IMG/VR virus record: IMGVR_UViG_3300042868_004895
Coordinates: 1 to 52,815 of that record
Direction: 5' to 3' (one strand)
From: a virus
Taxonomy: Duplodnaviria; Caudoviricetes
Length of the DNA stretch: 52,815 bases
Every line of letters begins with the position of its first letter. Position 1 is the stretch's first letter. The notes under the pieces were generated by a model that made no database searches, was not told the origin of the DNA, and saw only the letters and a program-made list of their open reading frames with translations. Made by a program: the position numbers and the translations under genes. Of this stretch, positions 16,474 through 26,000 are shown one piece after another.

Positions 16474-18444
16474 GTGACTACACTTTGGCTTGACCTTGAA
16501 ACATACAGCACCGTGCCCATTAAGCACGGCGCGCACCGCTACGCCGAGGCGGCGGAGGTGCTACTCGTGGCGGTCGCAGTAGACGACGAGCCTGTCGCCG
16601 TGTGGGACTGCACGCAGGGACACGCCGACTGGCGTCAGCGCCTGCAGGCCCTGCTCGACGCAGCCGACACCGTCGTCATCCACAACAGCGCCTTCGACCG
16701 CACCATCCTGCGCCATCAAGGCGTGCACGTGCCCGTCGACAAGATCGAGGACACTATGGTTATGGCGCTCGCGCACAGCCTGCCAGCCTCGCTGGGCACG
16801 CTCTGCGACATTCTTGGCGTGCCCGTCGATAAAGCTAAAGACAAGTCCGGCAAAAAGCTGATACAGTTGTTTACGAGCCCGTGCCCACGGAACTGGAAGA
16901 TACGGCGCGCAACGTCGGAGACGCATGCAGATGAGTGGACCAACTTCGTCGAATACGCCCGCCTCGATGTGGACGCGATGCGAAACATACACGGCCGCAT
17001 ACCAAGATGGAATTATACACATAGTGAGCGGTACCTTTGGCAACTCGACCAAGGAGTTAATGACCGTGGTATCGCCGTCGATGTTGACTTCGCCAAGGCA
17101 GCAATCCGAGCTTTTCGACGAGCTTCTGGATCTTTGGCCACTCGTGCGGCAAGCCTGACCGGCGGCGCGGTTCCGAACACAACGCAGCGCGAGAAGCTTC
17201 TGCAGTACCTGCGCACGGCGCGTGGGCTCGAGCTTGAAGACCTGACGAAGGCGACCGTCGAGACCCTGCTGAAGGGCGAGCTCGATCCGCTGACGCGCGA
17301 GCTGCTCGAGATACGCCAGCAAGCCTCGGCCACGTCGCCTGCGAAGTACGGCGCGCTGATGGACGCAGCCTCGACGGACGGGCGCTTGCGCGGGACGATG
17401 CAGTTTTGCGGCGCAGGCCGCACAGGCCGTGACGCGGGCCGCATCTTTCAACCGCAGAACCTGCCCCGCTCGCCCGACTGGTTCGACGGCGACGTTCAGG
17501 AGCAGACGATTGTCGCGTTCAAGACGGACTGCGAGGACATCATCTACGACAACGTCAGCGAGCGCTGCGCCTTCGCCGTTCGCGGGTGTCTGGTCGCGGA
17601 CAAGGGCAAGAAGTTTGTGATCGCCGACCTTTCCAACATCGAAGGGCGCGTCCTTGCGTGGATGGCCGGTGAGGCGTGGAAGATTGAGGCCTTCAAGGCG
17701 TACGATCGCGGCGAGGGCGCGGACTTGTACAAGGTGACCGCCGGGCGCATCCTGAACAAGGATCCGTTCGAGGTGACGAAGGGCGAGCGCCAGACGCAGG
17801 GCAAGGTGCCTGAGCTGGCCGGAGGCTACGGCGGCGGCCTCGGTGCCTACCGCAAGATGGGCGGCGCAGTGTTCGACGCGATGGACGACGACACCATCAT
17901 GGAGATCGTGCACGCGTGGCGTAAGGCGCACCCTGCGACGAAGCGCTTCTGGTACGACGTCGAGGGCGCAGCCCGCTCGGCCGTGCGCGCCGAGGGGGAG
18001 AGTTTCGCCGTGCGCGGGGACATGGTGCGCTTCGACCGCCAGAAGGGTCCCGACGGCGTTGATTACGTTCGCTGCCGTCTGCCGTCTGGCCGGTACCTGT
18101 GCTACCGCAGCATGCACATCAACGAGGACGCCAAGCTCGTGTACGAGGGCATGAACCAATTCACGCGCAAGTGGGAGCTGCAGGAGACGTACTACGGCAA
18201 GCTGGTCGAGAACATCGTTCAGGCCGTGGCGCGCGACGTGTTCATGACCGGCATGCGCCGCGCCGAGGAGAACGACTATCCCGTCGTCCTGCGCGTGCAC
18301 GATGAGCTTGTGTGCGAAGTGCCCAACCACAAGGGCTACGACGCCGACGTTTTAGCGACAATGATGTCAACGAACCCGAGCTGGTCGATAGGCCTGCCGC
18401 TGTCGGCGGCGGGCTTCGAGGGCCTGCGCTACCGTAAGGAATGA
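16474..18444 (+). CDS. polA: Family A DNA polymerase with 3'-5' exonuclease (APSE/SPO2-like)
   Basis: Exonuclease DLETYS, HNSAFD, YARLDV; RTGRDAG; motif A ADLSNIEGR; motif B R..GKVPELAGGYG; motif C VHDE. GTG start 9 nt after AGAGGA. Confidence 0.93.
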   Translation: MTTLWLDLETYSTVPIKHGAHRYAEAAEVLLVAVAVDDEPVAVWDCTQGHADWRQRLQALLDAADTVVIHNSAFDRTILRHQGVHVPVDKIEDTMVMALAHSLPASLGTLCDILGVPVDKAKDKSGKKLIQLFTSPCPRNWKIRRATSETHADEWTNFVEYARLDVDAMRNIHGRIPRWNYTHSERYLWQLDQGVNDRGIAVDVDFAKAAIRAFRRASGSLATRAASLTGGAVPNTTQREKLLQYLRTARGLELEDLTKATVETLLKGELDPLTRELLEIRQQASATSPAKYGALMDAASTDGRLRGTMQFCGAGRTGRDAGRIFQPQNLPRSPDWFDGDVQEQTIVAFKTDCEDIIYDNVSERCAFAVRGCLVADKGKKFVIADLSNIEGRVLAWMAGEAWKIEAFKAYDRGEGADLYKVTAGRILNKDPFEVTKGERQTQGKVPELAGGYGGGLGAYRKMGGAVFDAMDDDTIMEIVHAWRKAHPATKRFWYDVEGAARSAVRAEGESFAVRGDMVRFDRQKGPDGVDYVRCRLPSGRYLCYRSMHINEDAKLVYEGMNQFTRKWELQETYYGKLVENIVQAVARDVFMTGMRRAEENDYPVVLRVHDELVCEVPNHKGYDADVLATMMSTNPSWSIGLPLSAAGFEGLRYRKE

Positions 18445-18445
18445 C

Positions 18446-18643
18446 ATGTTCACGCAACTGAACCCGTCGATACCAATGGACACGCCCAAGGGCGCTGGTC
18501 TGGCGCTGGCCGTCATCGACTACGGACTGGAGCACAGCCTGCTCTGGGTCGTCGCAATCGACGCCACCGGCGAGATCTGGTGCGTGCCGAATGCCGACGT
18601 GCGTGCGCAGAAGAACTGGTCGGCGGGGCGGTTAATCGAATGA
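18446..18643 (+). CDS. Phage hypothetical protein
   Basis: QLNPSIPMDTPKG..IDYG.EH..WVV..TGEIW. Confidence 0.75.
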   Translation: MFTQLNPSIPMDTPKGAGLALAVIDYGLEHSLLWVVAIDATGEIWCVPNADVRAQKNWSAGRLIE

Positions 18644-18924
18644 CGCCCGCAGGCAAGCTGCAGGATCACCTGAAGCACGTCGTGCAGAAGAGTGGGGGTC
18701 AGTACCGCAAGGTGCGATGGGAGGGCCGCAGGGGCTGCCCAGACTGCTTTGTGTGGTGGACGTGGCCCAAGGCGGCCTTCATCGAAATCAAAGCCGACGG
18801 CGACCGCGTCAGCGGGCACCAGCAGCGGGAGATTGAGCGCATGAGAAACGACAGTTTTCCGGTCTTTATCGCCCGGTCGATAGAAGAAATCGACGAGATC
18901 GTAAAAAAAGTGCGAATTGGTTGA
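18640..18924 (+). CDS. VRR-NUC domain nuclease
   Basis: GRRGCPD..FIEIKA..Q..E; ATGA overlap. Confidence 0.88.
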   Translation: MTPAGKLQDHLKHVVQKSGGQYRKVRWEGRRGCPDCFVWWTWPKAAFIEIKADGDRVSGHQQREIERMRNDSFPVFIARSIEEIDEIVKKVRIG

Positions 18925-18933
18925 ATTAGGGGG

Positions 18934-18992
18934 TTGCAACCTGTGTTTGCATATGCTATATACTGCGTATCAGCAACGAAGGAGTAAACCAC
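18934..18992 (+). promoter_or_regulatory. Early promoter and leader L6
   Basis: TTGCAA(18934)-17nt-TATATA(18957); ATCAGCAACGAAGGAGTA at 18969. Confidence 0.75.
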
Positions 18993-19169
18993 ATGTCTAA
19001 CAAATACACCGCATACGCCGTCTTCGAGAACGGCGACCAAGAAGTCCACGAGGGTCTGAGCCGCGCTCGCGCCATCGCCCGCTACGGCCAGTTCACCCGT
19101 CAGGTCCGCGACAAGCGCTATGGCGTAGCTGGCCCGATCAAGTCCTACGGCTGGAGGCTCGAAGCATGA
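18993..19169 (+). CDS. Small hypothetical protein (58 aa)
   Basis: MSNKYTAYAVFENGD..; strong RBS. Confidence 0.7.
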   Translation: MSNKYTAYAVFENGDQEVHEGLSRARAIARYGQFTRQVRDKRYGVAGPIKSYGWRLEA

Positions 19170-19417
19170 CATACCTCACAGCCAAATACATCCGCGCAGC
19201 CGCAGCCAAAGACCCGCGCATAGACCCCGAGATCGAGTGGGACGAGTTGGGCAAGGCCATCGTCTGGCTGGCGGATGGGTACACGTGGGACGCCCGTGAC
19301 GGTAACCGCTCCGTCGAGGCTTTTATCATTGCCGAGCGCAACGCTGACCAAGATCCACGCGACACCGTGGCTCGTTGGAAAGACTGCGTTGCTAACATCG
19401 AGGAGATCGCGACATGA
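19166..19417 (+). CDS. Hypothetical protein
   Basis: 83 aa, GGAGG RBS, ATGA overlap. Confidence 0.7.
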   Translation: MTYLTAKYIRAAAAKDPRIDPEIEWDELGKAIVWLADGYTWDARDGNRSVEAFIIAERNADQDPRDTVARWKDCVANIEEIAT

Positions 19418-19569
19418 AGACCAAGAAACGCACCGAAGCAGAACTCAAGGCTATGGCTTACGCCATAGCCGACGAGGTCGAGACCCGCGCCGAGGCCATC
19501 TGGCAACGCGCACCGAAGCTCACGTACGAGCAATGCCAGAGTTTGGCGCTATTGCAGATGTTGAAATGA
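19414..19569 (+). CDS. Small hypothetical protein (51 aa)
   Basis: MKTKKRTEAELKA..; AGGAG RBS; ATGA overlaps at both ends. Confidence 0.6.
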   Translation: MKTKKRTEAELKAMAYAIADEVETRAEAIWQRAPKLTYEQCQSLALLQMLK

Positions 19570-20951
19570 CCAAAGCTTTCACACCACACGATTATCAGAA
19601 AGAGGCTATGGCGCACCTGTACAAGGTGCGCCGTAGCGCTTTGTGGATGCCGATGGGCGGCGGGAAGACCGTGTCCACGCTGACCGCACTCGACAACCTG
19701 TCGACGGTCGAGGACGTCTTCCCCGCGCTGGTGCTGGCACCGCTGCGCGTTGCCAAGTCGACGTGGCCGGACGAGATTGCCAAATGGCCGCACCTGTCGC
19801 ACTTGCGCGTCAGCGTCATCACAGGCACGCCGAAGCAGCGTCAGGCGGCACTCGACAAGCCAGCCGACATCTACTGCACGAATTACGACAACCTCGTCTG
19901 GCTGCGCACTGCCCTCGGCGACGCGTGGCCGTTCAAGACGGTGGTGGCCGACGAATTCACGCGCCTGAAGTCCTACCGCATCCGTCAGGGTGGCTCGCGG
20001 GCACGCGCACTGGGTCAGGTGGCCCACACGCACGTGACGCGCTTCATCGGTCTGACGGGAACGCCTGCGCCAAACGGCGTGAAAGACCTTTGGGGGCAGA
20101 TATGGTTCCTCGATCAGGGCGAGCGTCTGGGCAAGACGTTCAGCGCCTTCGAGAGCCGCTGGTTCCGCAAGGGGTACGACGGCTACAGCCTCGTGCCGTA
20201 CGACCACACGCAGGGCGAAGTGGAGGAGAAGCTGAAGGACATCTGCCTGACGGTGCAAGGCCTGCAGGTTGATGAGCCAATAACGACGCCAATCTACGTC
20301 GACCTGCCTGCGAAGGCGCGCGCCGCGTACGCGGAGATGGAGGCGGAGATGTTCGCCATAATCAACGAGGAGGGTGTCGAGGCACCCAACGCGGCCGTTC
20401 GCACGCAGAAGTGTCTGCAGATTGCCAACGGGGCTATATACACGAATGAAGTAGGAGAGTGGGAAGATGTACACGCCGCAAAGCTGGACGCGCTGGAAAG
20501 CATTATTGAGGAAGCCAACGGCGCGCCGGTTATCGTTGCCTATAACTTCAAGCACGATCTCGAACGTCTACAAACTCGTTTCCGTCAAGGCAGGGTGCTG
20601 GACGCTGACCCTGATACGATCCGGCAGTGGAACGCCGGGCGGGTGCCGCTACTATTCGCTCACCCTGCGTCGGCGGGACACGGACTGAATTTGGCCGACG
20701 GCGGTAACATCCTCGCCTTCTTCGGCGTCAACTGGAACTTAGAAGAGCACATGCAGATCATCGAGCGTATCGGGCCCATGCGGCAGAAGCAGGCGGGCTA
20801 TGATCGACCGGTGCACATTTACCCGATCCTCGCACGCGACACGGTCGACGACATGGTCATGGAGCGACTGTCGTCGAAGAAGAGCGTGCAAGAGATATTA
20901 TTAGAAGCGTTAAAAAGGAAGAAAAATGAAAAAGGTACTGATAGAAATTGA
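19566..20951 (+). CDS. SNF2-family helicase
   Basis: PHDYQ, MGGGKT, VADE, LTGTP, HPASAGHGLNL, QIIERI; start reassigned to MTKAFTP. Confidence 0.92.
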   Translation: MTKAFTPHDYQKEAMAHLYKVRRSALWMPMGGGKTVSTLTALDNLSTVEDVFPALVLAPLRVAKSTWPDEIAKWPHLSHLRVSVITGTPKQRQAALDKPADIYCTNYDNLVWLRTALGDAWPFKTVVADEFTRLKSYRIRQGGSRARALGQVAHTHVTRFIGLTGTPAPNGVKDLWGQIWFLDQGERLGKTFSAFESRWFRKGYDGYSLVPYDHTQGEVEEKLKDICLTVQGLQVDEPITTPIYVDLPAKARAAYAEMEAEMFAIINEEGVEAPNAAVRTQKCLQIANGAIYTNEVGEWEDVHAAKLDALESIIEEANGAPVIVAYNFKHDLERLQTRFRQGRVLDADPDTIRQWNAGRVPLLFAHPASAGHGLNLADGGNILAFFGVNWNLEEHMQIIERIGPMRQKQAGYDRPVHIYPILARDTVDDMVMERLSSKKSVQEILLEALKRKKNEKGTDRN

Positions 20952-21159
20952 TGAGATAACGCACCGCAAGCTTTTAGAGTTTTGCGAGGGGCGCGACCTT
21001 TGTGACGAGATTTACTCGCTCATACTGTGGGCGCAAAAACAGCCAAGTGTACCTGCAACGGTGAAAACCATCAGCAAGTATTACGACACTGAAAAATACA
21101 AGGCGATTGCCAAGGCGGAAATTAAGCGTACTTCTCCAGAAGCTCTTGAAGGCCAGTAA
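20926..21159 (+). CDS. Small hypothetical protein, possible ribbon-helix-helix
   Basis: MKKVLIEIDEITHRKLLEFC; AT-rich. Confidence 0.5.
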   Translation: MKKVLIEIDEITHRKLLEFCEGRDLCDEIYSLILWAQKQPSVPATVKTISKYYDTEKYKAIAKAEIKRTSPEALEGQ

Positions 21160-23083
21160 CAACACCGTCAACGGATCCACCTTCTGCGAACCCGCGTTTG
21201 CGGATTAAATCGCGAAGTTCCTTTTCACCGCCACCGGCGACCGCACTTAGCATTTCGTCAAAATATTCTGGCAATACCATTTGGTTTTCCTTGCCAAAGT
21301 TCCGGTACGTTTCTTGCAATTTTGCGGCCAAATCTGGCGCGACGTTGTCGAATGCCGAAACGTACTCGGGACGCGCGCCGATAAGATCGAGGTACGATTG
21401 GCCGTAACGGCCCGCGTCAGTTTCCCAAGGGTTCTCCGCGTACATGCCGTGGAAGAAGCCTCCTTCTGGTTTGGCGGATCCAGTTTCACTGGCGGCCGCT
21501 TCAACATATTTTTTGAAGAGGTCGGGGTCCATGCCAAAGTTAGGAAGGCGAACGCCTTGCGGGCTTGAAATGATACCCATGCTTTCCGGGTCGACGCCAA
21601 GTCTTGATTGGAGGTCTGAAAGGACTTTAGCACGGTCGTCGTCAAGCGTTTGGCCGTAGTTAAGTTCGACGGCGTTTCTGGAGCCTACAGGAACGTCTTT
21701 GAACAGCTTATTACCTGCAATGGCCTTCTGGCCCGTCATGAGGCCGTAAGTCGCCTCAATCGCCTTCATAAGGTTCATTGAAGACGGATCGATAGCCTTT
21801 CCTACTGGAATATCGTCGGTCTCCATGCCCTTTTTAATGGTGTTTGTGCCCAAGGCGTACTGCGCTTGGCTTCCGGGGCTGATGACACCCTCGTACACGC
21901 CGGGCCCTTGGAAGCGAGGCCCAGTAAGCGCGCCGAAGCCGAGTGCGATACGGTCGCGGGCTGCTTGGTCGTAAACCACGTCCGCGACGCGGTCGTCTAA
22001 TTCTTGTTTTAATGCAAGTGGCGCTTCAGCAAGCTCGGGCATGATGCCGGTGTTTGAACCGAAGATGGTTTCGCGCGAGCCCTGTCCGTAGTGCCTCGGA
22101 AGGTCATCCGCGTAACTGTACGCAGCCTCGTTCGGTTGTATTTCGCCCGCGTCAATCTTTCCGCCGGACCAACCAGCGCCTTGCACGCGTCCCGTTGTCC
22201 AATCGAATGGCTGCTCCGAAAGTGTCGGGATAACTTGGTTGATTTGGTCGTCCATCCAACGGTGCTGCGCTTCGGTGGCCGTGCCCTCGTAGGGTTTTCC
22301 GTTCTTTCCCGGATAGCCCCACACGCGCATGTCCCAGATGTCGTGCACGGCGCGGGGGTCGATACTCGGGTCGGCAAATCCGCCTCCGATAGCGAGCTGC
22401 TGTTCAAACGGGCCGCGCTTTAGGCCAGTGGCAACGCCATTGGTATTGTACACATCGGTGATGCCAGCGCCCATCGCCGTAGGGAAACGGCCAGTGTTCA
22501 CCGGATCGCCTGAAATAATTTGGTTGTGGCCCTTTACGGTAAAGCCAGTGTTGGGTTTTACGCCCGTGCTTGACGATGTAACGGAAAAATTGCCCGCTAC
22601 CTTGCGTGCCATTTCGGGATCTTCGCCGACGTGCGACATAATAGCTTTGCCGCTATCGTCATACCAAAGCGCGCCTTGTTTGCCTTTCTCGACCGCTTGC
22701 CGGTAATTCTCCCGCAAGACGGCTTCTTGTTCGGGCGTTGTAACACCTTGCGGGGCACCTGCTATTTGTTTGGACGGGGCTTGCGTGGTTGGCGCGGATG
22801 TCTTTTCCGTCTTTACGGCAAGCGGCTTTTGCGTTTTGGTGGTCTTGACAGCCAACGCGTCCCGATCAGCCTTGGCCTTTGCCGCCTTGGCCTTTGCAGC
22901 CTTAGCAGCGGCAGCCTTAGCCGCAGCGTCTCTTTTGGCTTTGGCAGCGGCCCGTTCGGCCGCGACGTCGGTCACGCCGAATAGGTCGCGCGCCGCAGGC
23001 TCGATGCTGTCAGGAAGCACCCGGAACAGTTTGTCGTTGATAGGGTCTAGTACCCGACGAAATGGGTTCTTCTTATCGGCCAC
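21122..23083 (-). CDS. Putative internal virion/ejection protein with a possible enzymatic domain
   Basis: 653 aa, last gene of the structural operon; GGAG RBS; C-terminal FAEGGSV. Confidence 0.7.
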   Translation of the reverse strand: MADKKNPFRRVLDPINDKLFRVLPDSIEPAARDLFGVTDVAAERAAAKAKRDAAAKAAAAKAAKAKAAKAKADRDALAVKTTKTQKPLAVKTEKTSAPTTQAPSKQIAGAPQGVTTPEQEAVLRENYRQAVEKGKQGALWYDDSGKAIMSHVGEDPEMARKVAGNFSVTSSSTGVKPNTGFTVKGHNQIISGDPVNTGRFPTAMGAGITDVYNTNGVATGLKRGPFEQQLAIGGGFADPSIDPRAVHDIWDMRVWGYPGKNGKPYEGTATEAQHRWMDDQINQVIPTLSEQPFDWTTGRVQGAGWSGGKIDAGEIQPNEAAYSYADDLPRHYGQGSRETIFGSNTGIMPELAEAPLALKQELDDRVADVVYDQAARDRIALGFGALTGPRFQGPGVYEGVISPGSQAQYALGTNTIKKGMETDDIPVGKAIDPSSMNLMKAIEATYGLMTGQKAIAGNKLFKDVPVGSRNAVELNYGQTLDDDRAKVLSDLQSRLGVDPESMGIISSPQGVRLPNFGMDPDLFKKYVEAAASETGSAKPEGGFFHGMYAENPWETDAGRYGQSYLDLIGARPEYVSAFDNVAPDLAAKLQETYRNFGKENQMVLPEYFDEMLSAVAGGGEKELRDLIRKRGFAEGGSVDGVVTGLQELLEKYA

Positions 23084-23085
23084 GA

Positions 23086-26000
23086 CTATCTCCCCCGGAG
23101 TATTGCGAATGGATTTCGGGCAAAGTTACGTACGGCCAGTGCGGCTTGGTAACCGGGCTTTGTGGCAACTGCTTTTTGAAAGCCTTTTTTGCCGAGTGCG
23201 CCAGCGCCTGTCATTTGCATATACGTAAGTGCGTTGCCCGGCGTGTCCTCGCGGACGGCACGCATGCGGCTCGTTTCAGGCTTGCCACGGACGGGTTCCG
23301 CCTTACCCGCGCTGTACGCAGCGCCTTGCAATGCGTCCTCGGCAAGGCCGACCCCTAATTTTGAAAGGCGCGGCGCGCGTGCCGCGACGCGGCCCACCGC
23401 ACCCGGCACACGCAGCGCGGCCAGTGATGGCGTCAGCATTGCGCCGCCAACCATACCTGCCATTTCAAGGCCACCAGCCGTCATTGGGTTAGCTTCTGCG
23501 TAACCTTGCTGCGCCAAGCGGATGCGCTTAACTTCGTTTTCATATGCCTTTGGATCTTTGGACGCGAGTGCGCGCAGCTTCGCCTCGATCTCGTCACCAA
23601 AGCCGAAGGTCAGGCCTTGCCCGAACGTGCGAGCCGCGTTGGCGTAATCGTATCCGGCCTTTGGCTGGCCGCCGTTCTTGAACGCCTGCACGTGGCCGCC
23701 ACGGTACATGCCGAGTTCGGGGCTCTCGTAATCCTCACCAGTGTCGGCGTAAAACCGACGGTCAGTGTCTGGATCATACGTCACTTCGCGCCCCGTAAGC
23801 TTGTCGACTACAATGCCCTCTGGGGCCGCTTTGATGGCGTCGATCGACACCTCGTCGACCACAGGCGCTTGCGGCGCAGCTTGCGGTGCAGCTTGCTGGT
23901 ACCGAGCGGCAAGATCTTCAGCCGAAGGCTGCTGTGGGTAGCCGTTAACTGCGGTAACCCGCACCTCATCTGGCTGGGAAGCCTGCTCGATGGCGTTCGC
24001 CGCGCCCACGACCCCGTACGCTGGCAGACGATATTTCGACGCAAGGTTTGTCACGGTGTCGGCGAATGGCGCGGTGCGGCCTGCCAAGTTTTCAGCAAAG
24101 TCGGAGACCCCACCGGCAAAGCGCCCACCAGCGTACGCAGCCTCGCCAACGAGGCGCGGCGATGTCAAAGGCAACGCTATCAGGGACGTGCCGCCAGTCG
24201 GTATCGCACCCATGACGCCACCGCCTGCCGTTACAGCACCAAGGCCGCGTGGCGTGGTAGCATTTAACTGTTGCCCGGCAAGTGACGGGAACATCGTGTC
24301 GGCCCCAGCTTCCTCAATGGTGCGGCCAAGGTCAGCACGACGTCCGTAATTGGTGTTCGCGTTATTGCGCAAGATAGACTGCAGCTTGCGGATGCTGGTA
24401 TCTACGGGCGCGCCGGTCTTTAGCGACAATGAACGCTCAATGTCGGCCAGTTTCTCTGCGGCAGTCTGATACTGCTTCATAACCTTGGAGTATGCGGGCA
24501 CTTGCTTGGCTATGACGTCACGCACTTCACCATAAATGCCGGTTGCGATAGATGACGCGCGGCGGTTGTTATCTGTGGCAAAATCGTTGGACAAATCCCC
24601 AAGGCGTTGCTTCAGCCCGTCCATACCTTCTGGCGTGTGGAACTGCGCAGGATCGCCTGCGGCCCAATCGTCCACAATGCCCTTGGCCTTTTCGTACACG
24701 GCAGCGGCAGACGGGTTCTTAACCTTATCGCCCATAAACGCGCGGTCGCGCAGCTTGCCCAGTCGGTCGTATATAGGCTGGAAGTCGAGAATTGTTTTGT
24801 CCTTGGCAACATCGACCATGCCGTTGCGATATGTTTCCGAGGCATCCTTGCGTATGTTGCCGACAGCCTCGCGCGCCTGCGCGAGAATGTCTTCCATGTC
24901 GCCGCCGCCGCGCATGTTTTCGACGAATGCCTTGCCCTTATCGCCGCCTGCCTTACCGGCACGAACGGCCTCTTTGACGGCCTCGGCACCCGCGCCAGTG
25001 GTGACACCGAGGACGTTTGCGCCGACTTCACCGGCGGCCTTTGCGGCGACGTTGCCTGCCTGAAACGGCATTTTTGCAACGCGTGTAGCCAAGCGGACAG
25101 GGTCGAGTAGCTTGCTTAGCTCAGTAGCCTTCGCGACTTTACCCAGCGAGCCGAGGCCACCGACAACTGTGCTGGCGTCCATCAGGATCTCGGCAGGACG
25201 TTCGGCAAGCGCCTCAAGGAAACCTTGCTCGGTGCCGTACTGATTGGCGTAATGCTCGCCGATGGCGGCGATGGTTTCGCCGTCTGTGACGCCGATAATA
25301 TCGCCCGCCACTTTGCCCATAAACTGCGCGGTCTCGGGCAGGTTGACGGTCAGGGCCTTGCCCGTCTCGGCGAAGGTCTCAAGTGCGCTATACGGCAGGT
25401 TGACGAGGCCACGCGCAGACGCGCCGAGCAGGCCCATGCCTTCCTTCTCTTCTTTATCCACCAGATCGTAGCTAAAGCCACCCCAACCGACGTCCTTGTT
25501 CATGTTGTCGACGGTGGTCTTACCTTGCACGAGAGCATCGGCCATGAAGGCCTCGTCAGTCGGTACGCCAGCCTTGATCGCGCCGTCCATAACAACAGCG
25601 GCGTAAGTTTCCGGCGTCAGTTTCTTCTGGTCGTACAAGGCGCGGATGCGGTCTTCCGTCTCCTGCGGCAAGCGGTAACCCTTGACTTCGTTTGGCGCTA
25701 GTTCGCGGCGGATTGAAGCCTCAACCTCGTCAACGCCGCGTGGCTTTGTGCCGAGTGCCAAAACTTCCGAGGGCGGCTTGCCATCGGCCATGCCCGAAAT
25801 GAGCATATCGAGCATAGCGTACTTGGTTTCAATGGCCCTGTCGCTGTCGCCAGCTTGAGGAATGTAGGCCATGAAGACCTCCATTTCCTTGTCACTGTCG
25901 CCTTCTTTTGCAGACTGAGCCACAAGCGGGCGGATCAGCGGCAGGATGGCTGCGTTAGCTTTGGTGAAGTTCTCGAACTGCGGTATCGCGGGGATGATGC

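Noticed and set aside
16561-18330. 589-aa minus-strand ORF
   Set aside because: Antisense shadow of the DNA polymerase gene.
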